From Tubiluchus corallicola (taxonomy: Eukaryota > Animalia > Priapulida): 64,000 bases of DNA. Positions 45,421-60,049 of the stretch are shown one piece after another; positions within the stretch are counted from its first letter, which is position 1; each line of letters starts with the position of its first letter. The notes under the pieces were generated by a model. That model saw only the letters and a list, made by a program, of their open reading frames with translations, had not been told where the DNA came from and ran no database searches. The stretch spans positions 186,001-250,000 of the forward strand of contig JAQGDQ010000080.1 of assembly GCA_030141605.1 (NCBI GenBank), given 5' to 3'. The position numbers were made by a program, and so were the translations under genes.

Positions 45421-47883
45421 AAAACTCTGCATACAAAGAATTTTTCTCACAGTCATTGGACACTGGACAGCACCTACAGAAGTGACTTCTTTTACATGCC
45501 AGTGATAAGACTTACCTCATTAATAGTTTGGCCCTTGAACCAAAGCATAAGATCTAGGTCAATGCGTAAATTTGTGAATGGCAACAAGACTATTATCAAG
45601 ATGCCTAAAAATCAAGGTCAGACTAAAAACTGTTGGGTAAACTAGTCTTTATAGACATAGCACTTGTCTGAATACTGCATCATTCAGTATTTTCATTCGC
45701 TGTGACGTCTTTTTACATGGTAAACCTAATTACTCATTAAAGAAAACCAGGATAATTTTTCATATACTACCCCATTTTGAAGTACTGTAAAAAGTAGGCA
45801 TTTTAACACCTAAAATATTAATACCAAAGTGTTTCTGATAAATAAATAATAGGTTAAAAACTTAATTAATGGCTGACGATCCCTACTAGTGATGACATCA
45901 CAATGAACATAATTTTCAACAGCAAAAATTTTCTACGAGCGTGTTGCACATGTTTGTCAAAGCAAAAATTGAAGTACAGTGCTACTGCAAGATATTCAGT
46001 ATGTTGTACTAAAACTAGGCAAGTTTTAAGATAAAAATTTGAATTTCAAATTTACTGAACTGAGAGGTAAAACACCTGTTTTTGTATAATGGATTTCCGA
46101 GATCCAGGTGCTAGTGCCCATTTAAGTAGCAAATAGCGACATGCAAACATCAAACACTGCCTGTGCGAATGCGAAATTTATATTTCTGTGGTAATTATAT
46201 TTCTTTCACGTACGTTATTTTTGAAAAAAATTGTACGTTGCCTTTTAATATTTTATAGAATAGATTGTTTTGAGCTGTAAGTTAAGATTGGTTCCGTTTT
46301 TCCTTTAAAGTGACAAGCAGCTTAATATAATTACACTTTGACTTGTTGAATGTTGCAGTTACATGTAGTAACAACCGTACCAAAGTCATACACTTAAGCG
46401 AGTTTTTCCTTTTTCACTTGATGAAGGCAATATCCACTAATTGGTTGTTGCTTGTTTGCTGCAACCTTGGATATAATTGGTTGTTGTTGATTTCCTGTGA
46501 CATTGGACATCATTTGAGCAGCACTTACCTATTTACAGGTATTTAGGTATTTATTGATTTGTAATGACCCTATTTATGCCTGTAGGCAGCATGTTTCTAA
46601 GTGGTTAAATTATTTCAAGAAGATTTTTTTTTCGTCATGATTAAGTACAATTTAACTTTCCATCTTCTATTCTGCTAACAGGAATTTGCTTATAAAGCTG
46701 TTGTAATTAATTTTGAGTTTCTTTGCGATGTTATAACAAATATTCACAGAATGCAAATGAAATACAGTCAACAAACGTAAACTAATAGGTGATTCAGCAT
46801 CTAGACGTAATTCATTCCCATCTGTAAAGGCTGGAGTCATTGCTACACATTTTTCAATCATGGGTAATAACTTTACATAGCCGTGTATTATCGCTTTTTC
46901 AAAATCAGTACCGCTCTTGTTAATGTAATTTGGAAAACTTGAATATGTTCTATAAATGTAGCACATTTCAGCATGTTGTTGTTCTATGATCAGTTATTAT
47001 TTGTGTCATTTCATTGTTGTACCAAACCCTTATTTCATTTCAGTTACAGAAGTGTCTTATGTAACATGACTGTAGAAAGATGTGCCGAACTTTAAAATGG
47101 TTTATATCAGGTATTGAAAGTGCATTACATTATGTTTTGTGCCAAAGTTATTTTGTCATTTTGTTTTGTTAATACTCATTATTCTATAACAATTGTAAAA
47201 TGGTTTTTTTGTGTTTTTGTGTAGTTTAGTTTGTGTTGGGTGAATATTAATTTTTATTGAAATACAATAAATAATATAGAGAGCTATTGTTTGATTTATT
47301 GTAGTAATATGTATTGTTGCATTTTTTGCAATGTGTGTAAAATGCATAATGTCATTTGAGCTTACAGATTATTTGCAGTGGCTTTGAATAAAATCAGCTT
47401 TTTTAAATTTTGCCATTTCATTATGATTTTTTGTTTATGATTAATGTACAGTTTATTTGTCTCTAAGTATTGCTTATTGTAAAGAAGTATTTAATTAACC
47501 TTGTTTAGTTTTCTTACACACCCAAATGTTATACCTAAAGTATCGTAATGTTATACAAAAATGAAAATAAGCCAGGTTCAACTTTGTTCTAGAACCAAAG
47601 TTTAAAATGTTGAACATTTGGTGTTTTTTACTTCTGGCATATCAGTGCTTTTTACTAAGTACATGTATCAAACATAACTTGGTAACGAAAACCCAAAATC
47701 ATTTCTCACTACCTAATTAATTATTGGAATTTTGGTTATTATTGATCACTAATCCACTGCTAGAGGCATACATAATCAACACGTTTATTTTTGCAGTTCA
47801 GCACTGGGACAATCTAGCGGGAGGGTGGGTCTACTGTGCATAGATGGTTGTGAAAGGATGCTCGAACCTACCTTTTTATCATG

Positions 47884-48092
47884 GAGTGTTACAACTGATA
47901 ATGTAATAAAAGCCTGAGATTGTAATAACAAAAAATTAGTGCTCAATGTAATAACAATCATTGGATAATATAATAAATCAACATACAATGTAATAAAATT
48001 AACCGATAATATAATAAAAAACTTAACCCATAATGTAAGACCCAAAAAAATGCATAATGTAACAACCCGAAGTTTAATGCATATTGTAACAC
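47884..48092. mobile_element. MITE-like element with internal TAATGTAATAA repeats
   Basis: Short inverted ends GTGTTACAA ... TTGTAACAC enclose about eight degenerate (T)AATGTAATAA units. Confidence 0.5.
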
Positions 48093-48094
48093 CA

Positions 48095-48725
48095 TGTGAC
48101 GGCGTAATGGGGTCGGTTCTTTGGGTGAGGAAGTACCCAAGACCAGACTACTAGCCGAGTGTGATAAGGGCTTATAGCTACGGAGTGCTCTCACGGTGTT
48201 ACTCCTTTAGTCATCAGGCAATTCCTTACGTCTTCATACATAAATAGCAAAAGAGTCAAGCTTAGGTTTAACGATGTATTTTGACATGACAATTTTAAAA
48301 TACTAAGCTAGGTTGTAATACAATGCAAACACGTAAAATGTACATAACGTATAGCTACCTCATTAATATTAGTGCTCTAGCTAAATATTCATACCGTGGC
48401 GCCAACGTAATGGGGGAAATAATGTACAGACGTCCGGTTAGTCGGCGTGTTTCTCAACAAGTCGTTCACCACAAAGAACAAGAAAGGAGTTCCTGACGAC
48501 TGGTATCTGTCGCTCACCACCAGCGTACTTCCACAATTGGTTCAGGAATTCCAAATATCACTAATGACTGACTCGTATGAGAATCCTCTCAAGCAACGAC
48601 TCTAATAACTCGGAGGCCGACTTCCACCACTACGATTGTCTCACCAGGTGTGGTTATCTACCAGTCCATCAAATATGACCACTAATCACCATCTCATAGC
48701 GAGTGTACCACGTTCCTCCATAACA
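48095..48725. mobile_element. Possible solo LTR
   Basis: GC-richer non-coding block bounded by TGTGA...TAACA. No convincing TSD. Confidence 0.25.
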
Positions 48726-49379
48726 ATTACACTGCAACTAGTTTTTGCACCTAGTGCTCTATTCATTAGTGTAATGCGGGAAGGATGAAGGTTCAAAGCA
48801 TCAAACTGCTGATAATCGTTCTACGTTTATCTGGGCTAATTAAAAGGTGAAAACATTTCTACCACCGTTGGTATTTCCACACAGGTAACCTCGAGCAGAA
48901 AATAGGTCAGCGTCAAGCACTATGTGCTTCATAGAATGGGCGATTACCACTGTAGAGGGGGGGGAGCTATAACAAACTAAATACCTGTTACTCAAACGAG
49001 CTGTAAACAGTAAGGTTGCTAATATGAGGTAGTTACGAGCAATAACAGTAATAACAATAGTGGTGCAAGGGCAAATATAGCTCAAACTAATGCTGGTATT
49101 GGAGAGAGGCATCACAGAACACACAACAGCAACGCATAATGTAATAACTAGAAGAATCAATGTTACTCGGCACAATTTTCTTATATATAGTAAAGCAATT
49201 TTTATTTGTTGGAATATGAATGTGGTGCTCATCATTAAGCCAGGGTTTCGTGGCCAAACGCTTCTGCGGCTACCGAAATTTCTGTAAATCTAATAATTGT
49301 CAAATTGTCAATAATTGTCTCAAATCATTCGGCCTCAAAATACTTCATTTAACGAAATCATATGGGTAATTTTCCCACC

Positions 49380-49675
49380 TGCTGTTGTTATAAATGTTAT
49401 TGTTGTTGTCAGCACAGTCGTTGCCATCACCGTCGTTGTCATTGTTGTTATCATAATCTTTGCCATTGTCGTCACCAAACTCGTTGTTGTTATTGTTGTC
49501 GTTGCTATTGATGTCATTGTCATTGTTGTTATCACTCTTTTTAATGTTGTCCTTGTCGTTGTTGCTTTCATGTTGTTACTGTAGTCTTTGCTGTTGCTGT
49601 TATCATTATTGTCATGTTCGTTATTGTTGTCATTATCATCGTCCTTGTAATCGGTATTGTTATTGTTGTTGATGT
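49380..49675. repeat. Degenerate (GTT/GTC/ATT)n low-complexity tract
   Basis: Directly visible. A complementary (ACA/ACG/TCA)n tract lies at ~50650-50762. Confidence 0.9.
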
Positions 49676-51267
49676 CAATTTTTAACTTTGAAATCTCTCA
49701 TAACCTGTAGAATATAATTATACATTTTAATGTCAATGTAATGATTTAAATAACAATAAATTGTAATGATCTTTAAAACTTTTTACATCATTAATGTTTG
49801 ATTGTCAAGAAAATTGCATGCTAGAAGACTAAAAACTCGTGCAACCTCATACTGCACAGTTCGTGTTGCAAATTTGGCACTTTTACAAAATTTCTCGCTT
49901 ATAGTGTTTTTAAGTAATCTTAACAAATTTTATAACATTGTACATATTAACGAAACAAGAATTAGTCTTTTACAAAAGCATCTTAGACCTACGCAAAACA
50001 GAAGGGCTTTCTTGGCTACATTAAAAATCCCATTAAAGGTCGTACTTCAGCATAAATTTGCCCTGAAAGTTCGATTATCTGTAGTCAAATCAAATTAGTT
50101 TTTACCGCCTTGCATACGCCCCGTCTCTTACCAGCATGCTGCTTCACTGATGATGTTAATTATATATACCATTTTATTGATCATAAATGTCATAATTTAT
50201 ACAATTCTTGTTCAATATTTTACTTGGGAGGCAATCTATGAAGAGTGAGCTAAATATCAGTCGGCACATATGGCATTTTATGTAGAGTCGATGTGGAACA
50301 CTCACTTATGCCTTATGAGGACACAATACATTACATGTATTAATAATTGAAACTACATATTTGCAGGTGCACATTGTAACACATGTTTTATAAGTATTGT
50401 AACTTGCTTCCTGCAATTTAATGTTATTTTCGTGTTTTGCTGATGATGTATATGAGAACTGTGATTGCTGTTTTAATAATGTGTGATTGCATGTAAATCG
50501 GAGTTGAATATTCTCCGCGTCTTTACTGAACTAATAAAGCTGACGTATCTTGGAAATATGCTTCTTAATGTGACAATGCGATAATTTTATCTGGTCCTAC
50601 AAAGTTACAAAAAACAAATAAACTCATTAGTAGGTGCAGTAAATATTTCTAACAATAGTAAAAATAACGGCAACGATAACAGCAACAGTCACTGTGACGA
50701 TGATGACAACAACAACAACATCATCATCATCATCATTATCAACAACAACAACAATAACAATACCTATATTAGCTAGAGACAGATTTTTGAAATCTAGTTT
50801 AAAGTTCTGCATGAGCTAGCTTGCAAATTTGCACCGCTTTAATTGAAACTGTTATACCTATTTAAATTGTGGGCAGTGATTTGTCAACCATTGGTGAACC
50901 GAGCAGCAGGAAGAGAGATGTTAAATGTCAGAGATAGTAAAGAACAACATTGGCACATGATTAGGTCAAGTAGTGTATCCTATCGTATTTTTTCTGCGAG
51001 GAATCGCCGGGAATTTACTGCTATATTGGTGGCTAAATCCCAAAATTTATAGTAAACTAGAAGCGGACAAATATGTGGTAAATATAGTTAATGAACGGAA
51101 GCTTTAGCAACAGCTGGTTTGATGAGACGTGAAATAGATCGACAACCAAAACGTGTTAGGTACACAGCATTTTGTGTCCAAAATTTAACCTTAATTAAAA
51201 TAAGGTAAATTTTAAAATAATTGCTAATGCCCCGCGCAAGGATCAAGTAACTCAATATTATTATCTA

Positions 51268-52420
51268 TTAGATATTTATAAATTAGAAGAATATGAACTA
51301 GAACTAACAAAGTTTATCCATAAATATAACTGTAATACTCTTCCTCCATTATTTAATGATTATTACAGAACGCTTTGTAATGTACACTCATACAGCACTA
51401 GAACTGCCGTATCGAGTCTTCTTTTTTTACCTCCTTTATTGGTATCGGGTTATTATTTTCTACTCGCCATTAATTAAGTTTTTAATCTGTTATTTAATTA
51501 TCAAAATCGCTTTTGCAGTATTAATTGTGTTAAAATGTATACTTTTATCGGATTTGAAAATGGGGTAGAATATGAAAAATTATCCTGTCTTCCTTTAAGA
51601 AAACTGTCATATAAATCATTTAAGAAGCTGTGCAATATTTTGACTTGTGCGATATGGTGGCGCTGTGCTAACTGTGACGCTTGCTGACTGTCTTTTAAAT
51701 TTTATGTTTTTGTGTGCTTAGACACAAGTTAATTCTTTAGTTGCTACCCAAAAAGTGCTCATGATAAGAACTATGAAGAGACGCGGAATTGGTTTGATGT
51801 ATTCTGTACAAATACATTGCATTACATACACATACACACATATTGCACATACATTAGGTCTCATCTGAGGCTCATTTAGAATTATGTGTTTGGCACTCAT
51901 CGATCTCAAATGAATTGACCAATGAAATAGAACATGTTCAAATAGAAGTTTGCAAAATTATTTTAGGCCCTCAGTATACCAGCTACGATGACGCACGGAA
52001 GCCTCTAAATTTGAAAGACGTACTGACCTTGTTTTAAAGTTTGCACTCAGAACGAAAAATTCAGAAAGACACTGTCATTCACCAGTTCGTTCAAAAACAT
52101 TGCTTAAAAATACACGTAAAACATATCGTAAGTTTTATTCACCTTTAGCCTATATGAAAAGGCTTTTAAATGGTAGTAATATGATCTTGGCGAATAGGTA
52201 GATTCTCTTAGTTTTTTATTTGATTTTTTAATTATGGTTGCGTCTGTTATTAGGTATTTTTTTACCTGTAGGTTGTATTAGTATTGTTGTTTGTATATCT
52301 TTTTTTATCATTCTATTGTTTACAGCTAATGTCTTTTAATTGTCATTTTACTGTAAAGGCAATCTTTTTCAGTTTTTTAACTGCAATTTTTGTATGAAAA
52401 TAAACCTGTTATCTATCTAA
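51268..52420 (+). mobile_element. Degenerate 3' fragment of an L2/Crack-type LINE
   Basis: Frame from 51268 reads LDIYKLE...ELTKFIHKYNCNTLPPLFNDYYRTLCNVHSYSTRTA..LFLP, typical of L2/Crack ORF2 C-termini. A T-rich tract ending AATAAACCTGTTATCTATCT lies at ~52400. Confidence 0.55.
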
Positions 52421-52554
52421 GAAACAATATAAAAAGCCTTTGATTGTTACCTATAGAGTAACAACATACTGGTAATATCGATTTTAGTAATATTGATTTT
52501 GATAATAAAGACTCCTTTAAAACCCCGATTGTTTATTTCCTTGATTTTTGTTTG

Positions 52555-52810
52555 TGTATTTGTCTGTCTGTGTGTGTCTGTCTGTGTGTGTGTGTGTGTG
52601 CGTGTGCGTGCGTGTGTGCGTGTGTGTCAGGCAGCTGTTAAGCTGGCTTTATTTACCTATTTATTCACTTACATATATTTACTGTTTCATTTAGTTGGTC
52701 ACCCATGCATTAATTTGTTTTGTTCGTTCGTGAGTCTGTTTGTTTATTCGTTCGATTATTCATTCATTTATTCGTTCGTTCGCTCGTTCATTCATTCATT
52801 CATTCATTTT
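52555..52810. repeat. (TG)n/(CGTG)n and (TTCA/TTCG)n microsatellites
   Basis: Directly visible. Confidence 0.9.
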
Positions 52811-53296
52811 AGCTTTTCATTGCTTGTTTTTTTCTCTACGTCGTGCTCAGCTAATTTGTACAAAAGTTTGTCATGTTGTGTTAAGTCCTAAATGTGCCAT
52901 TATCAACATTTATTTAAAACTGGTAACAGTTGTAAAATTTACTGCCTAAGTGCAAATGATAAGTAAAGCATATTGAAAACATTGCCAGTGCAAGGAGAAA
53001 AACGTATTTTTCTATTTCGTTAGGTTTATTGCATGAAAACGTGTGAGTTGCCATATATACCCTTGATCTTGGTTCAAATTAGAACTTTCAAGAGTTATAT
53101 TAGTTACTACTGAATGATCAGATCATTTTAGTTTACTGAGAGCAAAGGTCATCCAACCTGGATTTAACATAATCTTAATTCATGATCGCTCTTGTTGACG
53201 TTGCTGACTTGCACATCTCTAGATTTCATTTGTATTGTTCCTGTATTAAATCTACTTTAGGAAAAGGTTCATTCCTATAACACTTCTGTTTTTAAA

Positions 53297-56200
53297 ATGA
53301 GTTTTATTCCTACCGCTTGCATATTACTAATTTCGCTGAGTGTTGTATTAGGCAGTGGCCACTATGGCTCGCCTGTAAATCAATATGTGTGTAGCCATTA
53401 CGCTTACTACACCAGAATTTTACTGCCCACAAAGTACCTAGAGGATGAATTTGAGAAAAGAGATTGTGATTTTGATCTAACTGGAGTCTGGTACAATCAG
53501 CATGGATCAGAGCTAATCCTGTGCCACTCCGCGGATGGTAGACTTGAGGGTGAATTTCGTACGAGAGTTGAAACATCTGATGGATCAGCAGGTGAGAAAC
53601 TTTGGAACAGCGTATGTTTTCACTTCTGTTTCATTTTTTCTAAGATTTCTAACGCGTCATAAAAACGTGATTTAATTTTAACGTTCATAAAGCACAACGT
53701 TAACTGATGTGTTTTCATCGAGAACGAAAACTACACACAGGTGGTATAAGACAGGTCACTAACATCTCATAACATTTTAGCTCTCAGTATTTGAATAACG
53801 TAATTTTAAGTCCCAAGTAAGCCATCTATTATTTAAGGCAATCGCTATTAAGTCCTATATAAACGGTGCGATTTTTGCATACATCTGAGTCAGACGCATA
53901 TGTCCAAAACTCTCCGTAAGCTATTCTTGATTTTACGATTCATTTTATGTTAGTCAGAAGCACAGGACGTAAGCACAATTACGTTAGAAATTGGAAGTAC
54001 ATTAAAATTCCAGAAGATCATAAGTTCTGGCACTTTTATGTGCAGTTAGCCGTCGAGTGGAAAACACATTTTATTGCATTGTCCCTTTTATAATGATATT
54101 CGTACTTTGTTATTCCTGTACCTAGCCTCAATTAATTTAATCAGCTCAATGATAATGATTAATTAGGTATTTGCCTAAAGGAATATGTAAAGTCAACTAA
54201 TCTTGGAGAGAAGAAATTTTTTAAACTAATGTAATAATTTGTTTTATTGTTTGTTTAAAAACTGTTTTAATTGATAAATAAATGCTTGTTTAAATGAGCT
54301 TTAATGTGTCTCATTGCCCTGTTGATAGACTGGCTTTTATTTTACGACACAATGTGTACTTTTAGGTGTTTCAAACTGTTGTAAAATGATCGATGCCATT
54401 ATAAGATTCTAACCATACTATGTTTTCAAATTTCTTGTGACCACGTAAGCAGAAAGCGAGAACCAGACAAATCAGGTCGGTGGGGTTAGATCAGTTGCTC
54501 ACGATGTGCTGCATTTCGAAGAAAGAAAAGAATAATGTTAACAGTACTGAATGGATTAAACAGTATCGGACTTTGGATTTTACTTAATTAATTGTTGAAG
54601 TTTTGTATTTTTATAAATCATTCAATAGGATTGGAAAGCAAACATCGTCTTGATTTAGATCCTCATGCAAATCGTGATTTAAATTAACGATTGCTTTTTT
54701 AGAATCCTGTTTTTAACGATGCGAACAATCATTTGGGTGATGCTATCTACAAGCAGAAAAATGATTATTCAGAAGTTCGTGAGTTCTATTTTGTTAAAGG
54801 ACATATGTTGATTTGCCAAGACAGTTTTATTTTTTGATTTCTTACATAATTTAAAGTTTCACTGTACTAGTAACATTACTTTGCTAATCTATCTGCAAAA
54901 ATGTAACACATCGCAAAAAGATGTATGTTTCTATCTGAAGTATAGGCTTACTAGATCAGACGGAGAATAAGCAAAACAGATCTAAATTTGACACAATAAT
55001 AGCGGGAAAAATGTGAGAAGAAATAAAAAAATCCGTTTTATTATTTCCTTCATAAAACAAAAATTCAATTTTTTTGTTTTTTAATAACGAGGTTTTTCAA
55101 CCTTATCATTCAAATCAAGATAGGGCAACCTCATCTGATGCGGTTAAAGATAAACGTTCTGCACCGGAAATTCATTTCCTCTTAGGTGTACAAGAAAATA
55201 CATCATGACAATTTTCTTTTTACAAAAACGCACCATGTAAGCACACTTTTAGTTGTGCTTAATTGCACAAAATTTCTCCGTAAAGGCTTATGTATATACA
55301 CGGTGCGTTATAGAAGATGCGCGTCCAAGATGTATGAGTTTTCCCACATTATAATAAGATAAACTTGGTATTCTCAGTTCCCAATTCTTGCTAGTCTTTT
55401 AATTGATAATCGGATTCTTATTATCTTTATTTTGTTCTCTTACAATGTTGCTATCCGATGTTGCCATAGATCTAAGTTTATTGTAGCTCTGCCCACTGTT
55501 TCTTACGATATGCGTAGTACCTTTGCAGATAGGCTGGCAAATTAGTATTACTAGCGTAGAATGTTTTAAATCTACAATCAAAATCAAAACTGTGTTAGCA
55601 AAGCTAACTATTCTATTATAAAATAGTAATCAATTTCTTTCACCATTTCATGAATATTCATTTTTCTGATTGTAAATTGGCATATCCCATTTGGAAAGTG
55701 GCATCAATAAAGACCTTCGTTAATTTCAATCGCGATTTAAATGACAGCTTTAAATCAAAATGGTGTTTATTTCCTAATCCTATTGTATGATTTGTAAAAA
55801 CAACGAAACTTCAACAATTAATAAGCTATAATCTTGCAAACCGATAGTGTTTAGTCAAAGTCGCTATTGCCCATTTGCTTTGCCGCAAGTCCACAGGGGA
55901 TGCCGATCTTTTAACAATGTTCTTTTCGTTCTTCGAAGTGAACACGTGACCTATCTCACCTATCTGATTGGCAGGATTCTTGTGTCCTGCTTCCGATGTC
56001 GAAAGAAATTAGAGCATGCGTCTTATATATGAGCCTAGCGCATGAGTCACAGAATCGAAAGAGGCATATACAGTTTACACGGTTCAATTTTTACTCATGC
56101 GACCAAATCGCATCGTGTAAATAGCATTCAAGATGGACTCCCATTGGGGTATTTTATTTAAGTTTCTAGGCTCCATAATTGCCCTCTCATTTGAGTAATT

Positions 56201-57988
56201 TATTCAAGTTTCTAGGCTCCATAGTTACCTTCTCATTTGAGGAATTTATTCAAGTTCGTAGGCGCTACAGTTGCTGTTAAATTATTCGTACCGAAGAAAA
56301 GTAGGGTTTCCTTATTTGCCGCAAGTGCCCTCTCGTTTGAGGAATGTATTCAAGTTTGAAGACGCTATAATTCTAAACTCATTACTGAGTGTAATAGCCT
56401 GATTCCTATAATTCTGGGATGTGAACCATGGGCATTACTCCCATCTAACAGAAAGTGACACTCACTCTTGTCATTTAGTGGTTTACTTTCAATGCTTTGT
56501 GTGATTTATTAAGCTACTAGTAACAATAATAGCTTGTTATTTAAACTTGTTTTAGGCGATAGCGCTGCAAAAGTCATCGGATTCACAGGAGAGCGAAAAT
56601 GCTGGGACACAAATGCATTAGCGTCGAGTAGATTCAGCACCCAAACCTACATTCCCAGTAACGGCAGTCCATTGGGATTCACTGTCTCTTGGAACAGAGG
56701 AAAATCTGTTACGAGCTGGACTGGACATTATCGCGTACGCATACTGTAGTCCAGCCTTGTTTTTTGTTTAAACATATTTATTTTACAACCTTTAGACAAA
56801 AAGTCCATGCGGGGTTGTATTGTTTTTACAATGTTGCCTTGTTTTTACAATGAACAATGTCACAAAAGTGAGACGTTGCTTGGAATTCATATTTGTTAAT
56901 GCAGAACTGATCATTAATAAGTACTGCTGAACTGTTAGTTAAAAGTTGACAACGTCCAACTTATAAGTTGGTGATTATATATTAATGCTGATTAATGACA
57001 ATGTTTCTAAAATCATTAGGTTAAAGTATCAATTTATAATTAAGCTTTTAGCTTGGTAACTGATGGAAATATTGACTACCTCAAGTAACGCGAGAGCTCT
57101 CAAAATAAACGAGGGACGCGCAACTAGTTGACCAAAATCTCTACACAATTGGTAATTAATTAGCACGCACTATAGGTTTATAATTTGAAATATCACTCGC
57201 GCAATTTTGTTATAAATTAAACAATTGCACTGTGTATAGAGTTAACATTAAAAATTATTCTTAATAGCAATTATTGTAAATTGGCTTTTAGGTGAAAAAA
57301 CTAGCTTGTGACAACAGAACTGAAAATGAGTGCAGGCAAGAAAGAACAGCATCTCTGCATTTGCACTGGGTACTGACAAGCCAGGCAGATGAATACAGTC
57401 AACAGTGGCATTTAACCAGGTACATCCCAGTCATACAAGAACAAGCTAAAGAATGTTATTATAATTATGATAAAATATATCATAATGGCGTAAAGTAACT
57501 ATTTTGAAGTAAACTATGTTTCTTACTATACCGGAACACCACTGACTGGTTTCAGCTCTTTCTATTTTAAGTTCTGTTACTCTGTCTTCTTTCTTTGCCT
57601 TATTCAGTGGATTTTTTCATACACGAAAACTGTCCATAGCAATACCTAGCTTTTCTGCAATGCAAGGGGAAAAAGCTCAGCACTGAAAACAAAGTAGTCA
57701 GGCAGAAAGGTCACTAGATAACCGTGTTCACCATCTGAAATGGTGAAGATTTTTTCTCTTTGTTACTTTCTCAATCATGAAGCTGCCTAAAGCTGTTCAA
57801 TATTGTTTTTTCACAAATAGATCACATTTGATAATCAAAGCGTTACTTAACCACTATTTGCTTTTTATTACAGAACTGGACACGATAATTTCCACAGGCC
57901 CCAAAGGAACTCACAGCCATTGAAAGCAATGTGCTTAGATCATCCAAGAGCAACAGCCTGCAGCAAGCACGAGGAAGATCATTTTTAA
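53297..57988 (+). CDS. Secreted avidin/streptavidin-family protein, 4 exons
   Basis: Exons: 53297-53591 (signal peptide; DLTGVWYNQHGSEL...GRLEGEFRTRVE); 56556-56734 (GSPLGFTVSWNRGKSVTSWTGHY); 57292-57419 (LHLHWVLTS...QWHLT); 57874-57988 (TGHDNFHR...stop). These match streptavidin ITGTWYNQLGS / LGWTVAW / SATTWSGQY / TQWLLTS / WKSTLVGHDTF. Confidence 0.9.
56158..56370. repeat. ~49-bp degenerate tandem repeat in avidin intron 1
   Basis: The unit CAAGTTTCTAGGCTCCATArTT...CTCATTTGAGkAATTTATT recurs 3-4 times. Confidence 0.7.
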
Positions 57989-58399
57989 TTTTTTTGAAAT
58001 GAAACGTTAATGCTAACTTTAATTAACAGCCTGCAGTTTAATATAATTTACGTAAACGAACACATGATAAGTGACATTGCTTCATATATACATACATATA
58101 TATATATATGAGGCAATGTGAGTTTTACGAATATAGCAGAAGCATAAATCACACTTTGCTTATATATTTGGCCTTGTACGTCTATGCCGTACGTTACGCC
58201 CATTAATGTAAAACCTGCTAAGCATCATTGTTTCAAATAAATTAGCACTTATAACTCGAATGTGATTATTTTGTGCTAATTCGATACATGTTTAGTGTAT
58301 TTGCTCGGGTCTTCACTTATTCGGTTATTCATAGATTTACTCTGTCAGTCACACTTTTTCCAACTTTTCAACTTCAAATGAGCTGAAATAACCTTAAAA

Positions 58400-58870
58400 G
58401 TATTTACCCAACTGAGTTAAGATTTTATGTTGTAATTAGACACCTACTACTGGTTCAACACAAAAAATTGTCACAATTGAATAATTGGTTAATTAATTAG
58501 ACCCCTTTAAGTTATTAATTTCAAATTGATCCAATTCCAAAAATATTTTACCAAACCGAGTTGAAATGTGCTGTGATGATTAGCTAGGATGTCCCTGGTT
58601 CAAAAAAGGCGCAATTCGTTAGTTAGTTAATTAATTAAAGCTGTTTAATCATTTAATTCTATTTTGATTTATATTGCATGTTCACACGATTTAATCGAGC
58701 AGAAATTTGAGAGAGTGATTAGACAGGATGTCCATTGTTCAAGGCAAAAAATTCGTGACAGTTCGTTACTTAATTAATTAGTTAAACAAAATGGCCTTGG
58801 TTCAAAAGAAAAAAGGCAATTCGTTAATCAGTTAGTTAATTAGACTGTTTAATTGATTAATTGTAAATTA
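58400..58870. repeat. Degenerate tandem repeat (~130-150-bp units)
   Basis: Recurrent GATTAG..AGGATGTCC..GGTTCAA..AAAA..CAATTCGTTA..TAATTAATTA segments. Confidence 0.55.
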
Positions 58871-59820
58871 AGTTGACTTGAAATTTGATTGGCTAAATGA
58901 AGAGCAAAAGAGAGAAACCACATCTCAAGTCTTTAACTCCCTTTCAGCAATCCAAATAATCACTGCTGCACTACTTACCCATCAAGCTTTTATCACTAAA
59001 TTGCTACTCACAATATTAATACTGTGCAGTGTTTTATCGGCGTAGGGCTTTTTATTAAAATGGTCGATAAAATGAATTGGAAATTTAATCTTTTTACGTG
59101 TAAATTTGAAATTGTAATTTAGTTAGGAATTTATGATGAACAGATAAATAGAATAAAAGAACTGAACAGCTGGACTTTTCGACCAAAATAAGATAGCATC
59201 CTGTGAGAAAAAATAGTCAGTCTTATAACCAAGCGTCATCTAAGAATAAAACAGTCAGTCTTATAACCCTTCTGATTTTTCATTTAAGGGCAAAGGCATA
59301 GGAGGAATTTACCTGTTAAGTAGACGAACACGTTCGTGGAAATTACTTTTCAGGCCAATCAATGAAACTTACGCTTCTATAAGACGTTACAATGCCAAGT
59401 AGCACACACATGAACTTCTAATTCAGCAATTAGTACGTAGTTAATCAGTTTCTTCAAAATATAGGTGCTGCTGTTAATACCCAATGTAGTAAATTAGTTT
59501 CAGGACATGATATGTTTTCTGTCCTGGCACATTTCCATCAGTAGAGAAAACGTACTAAAGCAAACAAGTGGGTGTGTGGCAAATGATAGCAAGCCTTTTA
59601 TAAGTCTCATTTTCAACCCTTCCTTAAGTTCCTTTTGCCTGCAGTTAAAATACAAAATTAAGTGACTATGAACTTTAAGCAAATTTGTGGTGATGAATAA
59701 AAGCGATGTGAGTATGGTTAACTCCATTAAAATGTTGAAAGCTAAACAATTAACAGTTCTGAAAAGTTACGAAACACAGTTAAAAGTAAAACTGTTCTAA
59801 GTTCTAGAAGTTTAACAGGT

Positions 59821-59847
59821 GCACACACACACACACACACGCACGCA

Positions 59848-59935
<88 letters not shown>
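59821..59935. repeat. (CA)n/(CGCA)n microsatellite
   Basis: Directly visible. Confidence 0.95.
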
Positions 59936-59943
<8 letters not shown>

Positions 59944-60049
59944 AGGTATCGCACACTACGTGCTATTAAGTATTAAGTAAATTCAGCGCCCCTACCTTGG
60001 TGGCCGCAGTCTCAACAAGGTTTATATTGACTCGTAATGAGTATCTGAT

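Noticed and set aside
49315-49672. Thr-rich and Val-rich ORFs resembling mucin or membrane proteins
   Set aside because: Products of a degenerate trinucleotide tract with no splice or domain support. The same applies to 37505..37687, 50627..50812, 52493..52891 and 59742..59954.
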